Part shown: positions 18,252 through 26,994 of the stretch, piece after piece
Layout of the letters: the number at the start of each line of letters is the position of its first letter
Numbering within the stretch: position 1 is the stretch's first letter
Origin: Candidatus Enterousia sp.
GTDB lineage: Bacteria > Pseudomonadota > Alphaproteobacteria > Rs-D84
Length of the DNA stretch: 64,000 nucleotides
Direction of reading: 5' to 3'
Assembly: GCA_045546075.1 (NCBI GenBank)
Contig: JAZQCF010000004.1
Coordinates: 21,157-85,156 of the forward strand
Program-made: the position numbers and the translations under genes
Notes under the pieces: model-generated
Seen by the model: the letters and a program-made list of their open reading frames with translations, nothing else
Databases searched by the model: none
Told to the model about the DNA's origin: nothing

Positions 18252-19013
18252 ATGACAAAAAATTCTGTAAACAGAAATTTATTAAACAATATAGTTTTTT
18301 ATACCGTCTTGGTTGGATTGGTTGGAACGGGAACCGCAATTATTGCACATCATATCGGCCGCAAAAATGCGCGTCGCGAAATTATCAAACTGTCCAATGA
18401 AATTAAACAGGTCAAAGATGATAAATTTACATATATGACCAGTGCGCCCGAATTTGCGCAAAACAGAAAAATGAAAAAAACCATTGATTCATTGAAAACA
18501 CGTAATTCAAAAATTGTTCAAAATATAACAAATGAATACTTTGCCAATGTCAACAAAACATATACATTGGGGCGTTTCTTTACCGATGCACAAATCAAAA
18601 AAATGAACCAGGTTGCAAATTTTGTCGGCCCGCTGTTTAATTCAAAAACATCGATTGCGGAATTTGAAGAAACTTTGACCATAATGGACATCCCGGCGGA
18701 TAAATTTATGCAATTTGGCGTAATAATTGATGGTGGATATATTCATATGTTCCGCGATGAAAAACGTCAAAGACTATTTGAAGAATATCTGGACGCGGTT
18801 GAAATGGCATTTTCGCACGATGGAACGGATGCACCAAACCCGAACCTGGTCCGTGGTAACGCCGAATATATCAAAAATCAACATAAAATTGATTCATTGC
18901 AACGATGCATTTCTGGGAATTCCTTTATTATTGGCAATACGGTTATGGCACTTGAACGCCGGCACGACAGTTTACGCGCCGAACTGGCAAAAAATCGCGA
19001 AAAACTTAGATAA
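18252..19013 (+). CDS. membrane-anchored hypothetical protein
   Basis: N-terminal TM VFYTVLVGLVGTGTAIIA, then a coiled-coil region. Confidence 0.45.
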   Translation: MTKNSVNRNLLNNIVFYTVLVGLVGTGTAIIAHHIGRKNARREIIKLSNEIKQVKDDKFTYMTSAPEFAQNRKMKKTIDSLKTRNSKIVQNITNEYFANVNKTYTLGRFFTDAQIKKMNQVANFVGPLFNSKTSIAEFEETLTIMDIPADKFMQFGVIIDGGYIHMFRDEKRQRLFEEYLDAVEMAFSHDGTDAPNPNLVRGNAEYIKNQHKIDSLQRCISGNSFIIGNTVMALERRHDSLRAELAKNREKLR

Positions 19014-19040
19014 GGCTTGTGTGTTTTTATTCCAAGGCAA

Positions 19041-19084
19041 AAATAAAACGGCCCGCATTCTTTTATGCGGGCTTAAAAAATTTT
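19041..19084. terminator. bidirectional terminator hairpin
   Basis: GCCCGCATTCTTTTATGCGGGC flanked by A/T runs. Confidence 0.5.
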
Positions 19085-19430
19085 CTGGCGGAAGCACGGG
19101 ATTTGTTCGCATATGCTCACCACACGTAAGATTCAAACTGCGTGCTGCGCACTTGTTTTCATCAACTATCGTGTGAACCCTTTTGCAACCCTGTTGCAAA
19201 GCGGGCACATTCACCCTTCGTCCACCACAAATTTACCCGCCACTTTGGGCGGGTTAATTTCTGGCGGAGTTCTAATAAATGACGGTATTGGATATCCAAT
19301 TTACAGGGATTTGCAGGGAATTTTTTGACATAAATCCCACTGTTTTCATGAGAAACGCAAGGGACACAAATCAAAAATCGCACAAAACAACAGGGAATTA
19401 TGGGTATAAAAAACCAAAATAATCAGAATA

Positions 19431-21131
19431 TTATGAACTTAATGTTCCGTTTTTAGCTTTCTCTACCAAATTTTCTACAAATACTTTTATCTTGCTTTGA
19501 TCGTGATACGTATAGTTGTCACTTATATCCCTTTTTAATTGTTCTATATCATCCTTGGACATATTTGCTGTATTTTCAGAAAAAGATTTTGTTGGGTCGC
19601 AATTTTCTTTGTGCGGCATTATATCATCTGGTTCTAAGATGTCTTCAAAAACACACCTTTGGGGTAAAATGTTCAATATATCTTTAACAGAAAACAAATT
19701 AGTGCATTCAATTCCTAATTCTTTAGCAACTTCTTGAATTTGTTTTTTTATTTTATTTCCACCAGTATCTTCATCGTGTATAACCGTTAAATTAAGGTTG
19801 TCTATCGATGAATATCTGTACATTTTTGGCATTTCAGAACCGTTACAACTTTGAATGAAAATATCCCTTATGTTCATGCTTTCTAGAACTTTATTTAATA
19901 TAATTTTATCCGTGTTACCTTCAACTAATACTATGTATTGTGGCAAAAGTTCTTTCCAATAATTTAATCCGAAACCGACTCTCATAACTTCATCACTCAA
20001 TATATACGAGTCTGATTTTGCTCGTTCAATCGTTGTTTTACCTTTCTTTTTAGAAACTACAATATGACTTTCAGGGGTTGTCTTATCTATCATAAAAGGC
20101 GAATGAGTGGCGCATATGATAACATTGTTTTTACTCATACCAATAAGACGATCCCTTAAAAATTGGATTCCACTAGGATGTAAATGAACATCCGGTTCGT
20201 CTAATAAAATAATACTGTTTTCAATATCTTTTGTGGCTTCCTCACAAGATACAGATAATATAAACGAAATAAATTGTCTAAAGCCATCGCTTCTATCTTT
20301 TGTATCAAATAATATACTCTCACGGTCTTTGTCTTCAATCAAACACGTACAAATACCAGTCTGTTCTATATCAATATTTATTTTTACATTAGCCTCGAAA
20401 GATTTCCAAACGGCTTTAAAATGTTTATTAATTGCCGACTCTAATTGTCTGCTTATAGTTTTTCGATTGCTAGCATCTTTCAAATCACCCAAGTTATAAA
20501 TATCTAACTTTGCCAACTTAAAAATATTTTCTATTGGTTTGTTTTTTAACGTTTTATTTATTATTTGATTCAAATCAATTGATGATGGCAACAAAAATTC
20601 TTCACTATAATCCCAATATATAATTTTGGGTTTATTTGGGGCTATAACTTCGTTCCACAAGAAATTATCATGTTCATCTTTTATTTGTTCTAATGTTGTA
20701 TCACCGGTATACCAAGTACTATTAAGATAATATCTATTATTTTTGATACCAGTTGACGACAACTCAAAATTATATATTATGTGCTTGATATCATCAAATT
20801 TTTTTATACTGAGCCCCTTTTGTTCGGCAAATATTTGAGATTTTTCTTGTAATAATTTATTAGTAGCTTTATCTATTTCAAAATATATTTTGACTTCTAC
20901 AATATTATCTTCTGCATTATTAACATTCGGCTTATACATGGTTTTTGTATACTTAAGTTCTGATGAGTATACATTGTTGATAGCCTGTAAAATTGAACTT
21001 TTCCCAGATTCGTTCAAGCCGATAAGAAGATTAAACGCTCGTTCTGATTTATCTTTGTTTTGATAAAATCTATCAATAGTTAAATTTTCTATACTTCTAA
21101 AATTATGAATAGTAATTTTTTCTAATTTCAT
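19431..21131 (-). CDS. OLD-family ATP-dependent endonuclease (ABC-type ATPase + C-terminal TOPRIM)
   Basis: Walker A LIGLNESGKSSIL. Walker B/H-loop LLDEPDVHLHP. TOPRIM motif YIVLVEGNTDKIIL. Start at MKLEKITIHNFRSI (ATG 21131, RBS AAGAGG). The AT-rich composition differs from the flanking chromosome. Confidence 0.75.
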   Translation of the reverse strand: MKLEKITIHNFRSIENLTIDRFYQNKDKSERAFNLLIGLNESGKSSILQAINNVYSSELKYTKTMYKPNVNNAEDNIVEVKIYFEIDKATNKLLQEKSQIFAEQKGLSIKKFDDIKHIIYNFELSSTGIKNNRYYLNSTWYTGDTTLEQIKDEHDNFLWNEVIAPNKPKIIYWDYSEEFLLPSSIDLNQIINKTLKNKPIENIFKLAKLDIYNLGDLKDASNRKTISRQLESAINKHFKAVWKSFEANVKINIDIEQTGICTCLIEDKDRESILFDTKDRSDGFRQFISFILSVSCEEATKDIENSIILLDEPDVHLHPSGIQFLRDRLIGMSKNNVIICATHSPFMIDKTTPESHIVVSKKKGKTTIERAKSDSYILSDEVMRVGFGLNYWKELLPQYIVLVEGNTDKIILNKVLESMNIRDIFIQSCNGSEMPKMYRYSSIDNLNLTVIHDEDTGGNKIKKQIQEVAKELGIECTNLFSVKDILNILPQRCVFEDILEPDDIMPHKENCDPTKSFSENTANMSKDDIEQLKRDISDNYTYHDQSKIKVFVENLVEKAKNGTLSS

Positions 21132-21317
21132 TTGTGACCTCTTATTATCATGTAACATAATATTTTTTGCCTAAAAAATCCAGTTTTTTATTGGTAAATT
21201 GAAATAGTTATATATTTTTTCACAAAATCAAAAAAATTTTTCAAGGCAGGTGGTCGCAACAATGTATATTATTAAGAATAAGGGTATTCCTTATTCGTTA
21301 AACATAAGGAGTATACT

Positions 21318-22583
21318 ATGCTTTTAACAATTGTTGATAAAAACATTAATCAAATTAAACCGTACCAAAACAACCCCAAACTTCATAGCAAACACCAGAT
21401 TAAACAGATTGCGGATTCTATTAAAGAATTTGGATTTGTGAACCCTGTGTTGTTGGATGAAAATGGGGAAATCATAGCGGGGCATGGACGATATTTGGCT
21501 GCAAAACAGTTAAATATTGGAACCATCCCTACAATAACACTATCTCATTTAAATGATGAGCAGAAACGTCTGTATCGTATTGCTGATAACAAACTGACCG
21601 AATTAGGCAAATGGGATGTGTCTTTGTTGCAAATGGAATTTAAAGAACTGGAAAATTTAAATCTGGATCTAGAAATTACAGGGTTTGAAACCGAAGAAAT
21701 AGATAATTTTATTATAAATAAGTCTGGTCCTACAAATCCGAAAGACGAATATATCCCAGAATTATCAACCAACGATTATCAATGCAAATTTGGCGATATA
21801 TGGCGACTGGGGCGACATTTCTTAATTTGTGGTGATGCATTAAAAGCGGAAACATATGCAAATTTAATGGAAAACAATCGTGCCAAAATGATTTTAACAG
21901 ATCCACCATATAATGTCCGTGTAAAAGATATTGGTTCAAGCGGTAAAATTAAGCATGATGAATTTGCGATGGCATCTGGCGAGATGTCATCTGATGAATT
22001 CATCACGTTTTTAAATACATTTATGAAACATGCAAAAGAATATTCCATCGATGGTTCTTTGCATTACTTGTTTATGGATTGGCGACATGGAATAGAAATT
22101 GGCCTGGCCGCATCAACCGTTTATGAAGAATTAAAAAACATCTGCGTTTGGGTCAAAAATAATGGTGGTATGGGCAGCCTGTATCGTTCACAGCACGAAT
22201 TGTGCTTTATATACAAAAACGGCAACGGCCCACATACGAATAATATAAATCTGGGGGCGCATGGGCGATATCGCACAAATGTTTGGGAATACGCAGGTGC
22301 CAATGGTTCCGCAGATGGTAAAGAAAATTTAAAATTACATCCAACGGTTAAGCCCGTTGCAATGTTAAAAGATGCAATTCTGGATGTCACAAAACGTGGC
22401 GATATTGTGTTGGATTGCTTCTTGGGTTCTGGTTCAACCTTAATCGCATGCGAACAAACAGGTCGCACATGTTATGGCATCGAAATAGAACCAAAATATT
22501 GTGATGTGACAATTAAACGTTATGAAGAACTAACCGGTGAAAAAGCCATAAAAATAGGAGGTGCAGATGACAGGATATGCTAA
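21318..22583 (+). CDS. ParB-like nuclease domain fused to a DNA methyltransferase (N6-adenine/N4-cytosine, DPPY)
   Basis: N-terminal ParB/Srx-like region (NPVLLDENGEIIAGHGR), then ILTDPPYNV and a C-terminal SAM-binding region. This architecture is common in phage and GTA regions next to terminase. Confidence 0.8.
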   Translation: MLLTIVDKNINQIKPYQNNPKLHSKHQIKQIADSIKEFGFVNPVLLDENGEIIAGHGRYLAAKQLNIGTIPTITLSHLNDEQKRLYRIADNKLTELGKWDVSLLQMEFKELENLNLDLEITGFETEEIDNFIINKSGPTNPKDEYIPELSTNDYQCKFGDIWRLGRHFLICGDALKAETYANLMENNRAKMILTDPPYNVRVKDIGSSGKIKHDEFAMASGEMSSDEFITFLNTFMKHAKEYSIDGSLHYLFMDWRHGIEIGLAASTVYEELKNICVWVKNNGGMGSLYRSQHELCFIYKNGNGPHTNNINLGAHGRYRTNVWEYAGANGSADGKENLKLHPTVKPVAMLKDAILDVTKRGDIVLDCFLGSGSTLIACEQTGRTCYGIEIEPKYCDVTIKRYEELTGEKAIKIGGADDRIC

Positions 22584-22941
22584 CCCACCAAAAGAAACAC
22601 AATTCAAAAAAGGACAATCTGGTAATCCCAAAGGACGTCCCAAGGACGATAAAAATTATTTGGCTCTTGCAAACAGAGAGTTATCACAAAAGGTTTCAAT
22701 TATGGAAAAAGGTCGACGTAAAACACTTAGCAAAAAGGAGGTGTTTGTCAAAACGACGATAAACAAGGGTATTGCTGGCGATAAAAAATTTACAAATATT
22801 GCATATATAATGATGCAGGATGCCGAAAGATATAATGAACGCAAAAAACACGATGAAAAAGAACAATCTAAAATAAACCAGAACATTATTGAAAATTTCC
22901 GAAAACGGGTTTTAGAAGAGAATAAAGAGGTGGAAGAATGA
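22561..22941 (+). CDS. phage-associated small basic protein (DUF5681-like, putative terminase small subunit)
   Basis: FKKGQSGNPKGRPKD motif, found in small proteins encoded immediately upstream of phage/GTA large terminases. Overlaps the neighbouring genes. Confidence 0.45.
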   Translation: MQMTGYANPPKETQFKKGQSGNPKGRPKDDKNYLALANRELSQKVSIMEKGRRKTLSKKEVFVKTTINKGIAGDKKFTNIAYIMMQDAERYNERKKHDEKEQSKINQNIIENFRKRVLEENKEVEE

Positions 22942-24383
22942 CACAAAATCTGGCTAATGCTTTAATAAAGGAAGATTTTTACAGTTTTGTGCAACGGGCT
23001 TATTTCGAAACAAGCGGTGGACAAATACTGATTCCAAATTGGCACATTGAAATATTGTGTGATCGGCTGGAAAAAGCCCGCAAAGGCGAAATAAAACGTC
23101 TTATTATAAATGTTCCGCCACGCAGTTTAAAATCACAAATTGTAAATGTTGCATTTACCGCTTGGGTATTAGGTCATAATCCAACAGAAAAAATTGTTAG
23201 TGCATCGTATTCTGCAGAATTAGCGGAAACTTTTGCACGCGATTGCAAACGTATTATGCAATCTGAGTGGTATAAACAACTATTTCCAAAAAGTGAGATT
23301 TCAAATGACCAATCGTCAGCCTATGATTTTAAAACAATTTCACGCGGTGGACGCTTTGCCGCATCCGTTGAAGGATCTTTAACGGGTCGCGGCGGCAATA
23401 TAATAATCATCGACGACCCGATAAAAACAACAGATATGGCAAATGAGAATGCCCTAAATAAAGTACAAGAATGGTATACAGGTACACTGTTAAGCCGTTT
23501 AGATAATCAAGAAGACGGGGTGATTATTTTGATAATGCAACGTGTTCATGAAAACGATTTAACAGGTTATCTGTTAGATAAAGAGTCTGATAAATGGGAG
23601 CATATAGTTATGCCTATGATTGCAACCGAAGAAGAACAATGGGAAGTTAAGAATAAAACTTTTATAAGGCATAAAGGCGATGTATTAAACAAGCAATATA
23701 TCAGTTTTGAAAAATGTAACGAATTAAAAACAGAATTAGGGGAATATGTATGGAATGCTCAGTATCAACAGGAGCCATGCCCAATCAGTGGTGGTATAGT
23801 CAAAGAAGAATGGATGCAATATTATCCAAACCAACGTTTGAATCCTGATGAAGTTTATAAAATATTATTAAGTTGGGATACAGCTAATAAAACAGGAGAA
23901 AACAATGCGTATTCTGCTTGTTCTGTCGTAGCAGTAATGAGAAACAGGACATTTTATTTGTTACAAGTTGCGCGTGCCCGACTGGATATGACAAAACTTT
24001 TAGAATCTGTTTTGCAAGCATACAATTCTGTGGTTCAAGAGTCTGGCTTTTTCAGAATCAAACCAGTATTACTAATAGAAGATGCTGCGAGCGGAACTCC
24101 GCTTATAAATTTGTTAAGAAATTTAAAAGATATATATGGCCGCGTATTAAATATCGAGGCAATAAAGCCTAAAGGGGATAAAATTGACCGACTTTATGGT
24201 ATAACACCATATATTGAAAATGGACAATTGTTGTTTCCGCCAGATGGTGTGGAAGGGAAAGAACGATGGTGGCCAGATTTTAAAAAAGAATTGTTAAGCT
24301 TTCCAAATTCAAAATATAAAGATCAAGTTGATTCTTTGACACAGGCTATTTCATATGGTCAAGAATTATTGGCATACCAATAA
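22938..24383 (+). CDS. phage terminase large subunit
   Basis: INVPPRSLKSQIVNVAFTAWVLGHNP (Walker A-like of Terminase_6 type), IIIIDDPIK (Walker B), and a C-terminal RNase-H-like nuclease region. Confidence 0.8.
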   Translation: MTQNLANALIKEDFYSFVQRAYFETSGGQILIPNWHIEILCDRLEKARKGEIKRLIINVPPRSLKSQIVNVAFTAWVLGHNPTEKIVSASYSAELAETFARDCKRIMQSEWYKQLFPKSEISNDQSSAYDFKTISRGGRFAASVEGSLTGRGGNIIIIDDPIKTTDMANENALNKVQEWYTGTLLSRLDNQEDGVIILIMQRVHENDLTGYLLDKESDKWEHIVMPMIATEEEQWEVKNKTFIRHKGDVLNKQYISFEKCNELKTELGEYVWNAQYQQEPCPISGGIVKEEWMQYYPNQRLNPDEVYKILLSWDTANKTGENNAYSACSVVAVMRNRTFYLLQVARARLDMTKLLESVLQAYNSVVQESGFFRIKPVLLIEDAASGTPLINLLRNLKDIYGRVLNIEAIKPKGDKIDRLYGITPYIENGQLLFPPDGVEGKERWWPDFKKELLSFPNSKYKDQVDSLTQAISYGQELLAYQ

Positions 24384-24410
24384 AATAAATACTGGGTAAA
24401 ATCTCGGTAT

Positions 24411-25049
24411 TTATTTTGGCATATGTTTATGTATACATGCGTTATGCAAATCACTAATCAAATTCTTGCCAGTATAAGATTTGGCGAACCGTTTAAATTT
24501 GTCTATTTGTTTAATAAAATCATCACATGATATAAAATATGAATAATCATGTTTAGAAAAAGCATCAAATACAATCATATTTATTTCTTTGTTGTGCTTT
24601 TTTATCCACTTATATACTGTTTCAAAATCTACATATAAAAACATATGATTTGTGGCCGCGCCGTGTATTTCGCGTATTGATAGAAAACCACTAAAAATCC
24701 TGGTTTTATCTGCTAGTTTTATTTGTGGAACAATATTTACATTTTTCATGTATAAAAAACTGTCATTTTTACAATCTGGCAATTTCATAATACTCGTATC
24801 GTTTTTACCAGGCGGACAAATATAAATAGGTATCAGTATTTTTGATCGCAACAACGTCGCTATGAAATATGCCAAACTTTCATTATCTTTGAACACGTTA
24901 TATTCTGCTAATGCACTGGCCAATGTCCCATTAAAATAATCGGTATCATTCTCTTGGTGAATAATACAGTAATCAAATTCATATTCGAAATCTTTAAAAT
25001 GGTTCTCGTCCAATACATATTCTGTTAAAGTTTTTCGTATGTTTGTCAT
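24411..25049 (-). CDS. hypothetical protein (island operon gene 4)
   Basis: AT-rich ORF, last gene of the minus-strand run 26703 to 24411. Confidence 0.45.
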   Translation of the reverse strand: MTNIRKTLTEYVLDENHFKDFEYEFDYCIIHQENDTDYFNGTLASALAEYNVFKDNESLAYFIATLLRSKILIPIYICPPGKNDTSIMKLPDCKNDSFLYMKNVNIVPQIKLADKTRIFSGFLSIREIHGAATNHMFLYVDFETVYKWIKKHNKEINMIVFDAFSKHDYSYFISCDDFIKQIDKFKRFAKSYTGKNLISDLHNACIHKHMPK

Positions 25050-25050
25050 A

Positions 25051-25548
25051 TTATTTTTCCAAATCTATGCCGCATTCTGTATAGCACTTTTTCCAATCAA
25101 ATCGTGCTGATTTATATTTTTTGTTTAATTTTGCATTTTCTTCTTTGGTAATCCATGCGGTTTTCAAATTATTCAAAACATATTTAACACTTTTATCATC
25201 ATCCATAAAAGCATGAAATAATTCAGATAACGGCACACAGTGTTCCAATATTAAATCTTTCAATTTCGGGAAATCTTTTTGAATTGTGCGTTTTTTGCCG
25301 ACCAACAAATTATGTAAATCCCCATTTATACCAGATTTGCACCAAATATTTTGCGCCGATACCGATATAAAATCTGCCGGTCTCGATTCAGAAATCACAT
25401 ACAATATATTGCGAAATGATAATTTTATAATTTTCTTTGCGTTATCACTTGCTTTACGATATGTGTCACGCAGATTATTCAATAATAAATCTGTATCTTT
25501 ATCAGTAAATTTATTCGTCGGTTTGCTTATTGTTATTTGTGGTTTCAT
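25051..25548 (-). CDS. hypothetical protein (island operon gene 3)
   Basis: ORF. 1-nt gap to the downstream gene and 38-nt overlap with the upstream gene, suggesting translational coupling. Confidence 0.45.
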   Translation of the reverse strand: MKPQITISKPTNKFTDKDTDLLLNNLRDTYRKASDNAKKIIKLSFRNILYVISESRPADFISVSAQNIWCKSGINGDLHNLLVGKKRTIQKDFPKLKDLILEHCVPLSELFHAFMDDDKSVKYVLNNLKTAWITKEENAKLNKKYKSARFDWKKCYTECGIDLEK

Positions 25549-26023
25549 TGTTCTCTGCCGCTTGTTTTTCTTTCCATTTTTTATATTCTGGATTTGGAAT
25601 CTGGGATTCTATCATCTTTAACTTTCGAATAGTTTTCTTTGTGCCTATCGTATTGTAATAAGTATAAGTTCCGTCTAATACCATACAATATGCCCCAAAT
25701 GTAACCGTATATCCATCATACAATTTTTTTGATTCTGTTTTCCAGTCTTTTTCGCCTATAACCTGTCGCATATCGGTTGCAAAAACTTCGCCACCAAACA
25801 TCTGTTGCCGTCGTGCCTTGCATGAACGTGCCACATCTGTGTCGCCATCTGCCGGATGACAATAATATAATTGAATCAAAGAATACTTGTCATTCACTTG
25901 AAATACTTTTAATTCATGACTTGGAAAGCAATCTGGATTGCGTATGGTTTTTGGAGGAACCGGTTGTGTTGTCAAACCAACACAAGAACACAATAACAAA
26001 CCTAATAAAATTACTTTCTTCAT
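25511..26023 (-). CDS. lipoprotein, hypothetical (island operon gene 2)
   Basis: MKKVILLGLLLCSCVG lipobox. Confidence 0.5.
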   Translation of the reverse strand: MKKVILLGLLLCSCVGLTTQPVPPKTIRNPDCFPSHELKVFQVNDKYSLIQLYYCHPADGDTDVARSCKARRQQMFGGEVFATDMRQVIGEKDWKTESKKLYDGYTVTFGAYCMVLDGTYTYYNTIGTKKTIRKLKMIESQIPNPEYKKWKEKQAAENNETTNNNKQTDE

Positions 26024-26025
26024 AT

Positions 26026-26703
26026 TTAATCCTTTTTGTTTTTGGGTGGAATTTCTATAAACAATGATTTGAACTGTCCGTATTTATCACCAGTATCGCA
26101 AAAATCTTGCCATTGAAAATTATAGGCATTTTGCATAAACAAATCTGGTTTATCTTTAAGATGTTTGGAATTGGTGTCATTTTTTACATTCCACTTATGC
26201 CATCCAGACATTTTTTCGCCTTCGGTTGTCCTGAATGCATATGCCATAGAATTTGGGTTGCTTTTTGCACACCAAAACGATTTGTTGTTCGAAATAAAAA
26301 TGCATACGCCTGATTTTGCGTATCCTTTATCAATTAACCATTCAATGCGGTTTATATCTGCCCATACATGATAACAATTATCATCATTTCCCTTATGATC
26401 CGCCAACAGGTCTGATACAGGTATTTTTGTATTTTCGTAAAGTTTTTCTGATTTTATTGGTCTGGTTTTATATTTCAATTCTATGGGGTAAAAATCTCCG
26501 TCTTTGATGACCATTATATCTATGTGAATAATGCGTTGTTCGCCTGGCTTTTTAATTGGAAATTCCAAAATTATTTGAGCCGTATCATTGAATATCTTGT
26601 GTAATTCTATTGCTAATGAATGTTGAAAATCTGCTTCCGAGACAAAGAACCTTTGTCTACTTATGCTAGAAAACGCTTCTTTAATTCCGCTGATTACATT
26701 CAT
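26026..26703 (-). CDS. PD-(D/E)xK nuclease-fold protein (island operon gene 1)
   Basis: RIIHIDIMVIKDGDFYPIELKYK gives a D ... E-x-K motif with the surrounding beta-strand pattern. Confidence 0.45.
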   Translation of the reverse strand: MNVISGIKEAFSSISRQRFFVSEADFQHSLAIELHKIFNDTAQIILEFPIKKPGEQRIIHIDIMVIKDGDFYPIELKYKTRPIKSEKLYENTKIPVSDLLADHKGNDDNCYHVWADINRIEWLIDKGYAKSGVCIFISNNKSFWCAKSNPNSMAYAFRTTEGEKMSGWHKWNVKNDTNSKHLKDKPDLFMQNAYNFQWQDFCDTGDKYGQFKSLFIEIPPKNKKD

Positions 26704-26994
26704 CTTTATCCCCGCGTAAAATGCTGACCGCCAATTAAGAATTGGCGGCCGGGGAGTTCCTAATCAGTTTATCATTGATTCCGTGGCTTTCGGGTTGCCC
26801 CTATTGTATGGCACACGACTCCCCGACCATAACGTCAGGGACATTACGGTGCAAAAAGCACCGAAACATCAGTAATAACGATGCTTTCGCACCGGATAAA
26901 CGGGCTAGGAAAGCCCCGAACCCAACTCTCATTGGATTCATCAAAAACATACCTTAAAACAATATAAAAATCAAGTTATTATAAAAGAATAAAA
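26704..26994 (-). other. GC-rich, highly structured non-coding element between two minus-strand genes; candidate ncRNA or leader
   Basis: Contrasts with the AT-rich island. Hairpins seen: CCGCCAATT-AAG-AATTGGCGG, GTGC-AAAAA-GCAC, and CATC-AGTAATAAC-GATG nested in CGAAA/CTTTCG. A long-range pair CGGGGAGT / ACTCCCCG is present. Confidence 0.35.

Noticed and set aside
19162-19383. 73-aa ORF in the island-edge spacer. Also a possible tmRNA or tRNA-like gene suggested by a 3' ...CCGCCA end at 19086 (minus strand)
   Set aside because: No acceptable T-arm or acceptor pairing could be drawn, and no tag-peptide reading frame (ANDN...AA) is present. The ORF lacks an RBS and lies in a probable att-remnant region. 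Kept only as part of the island-boundary finding.
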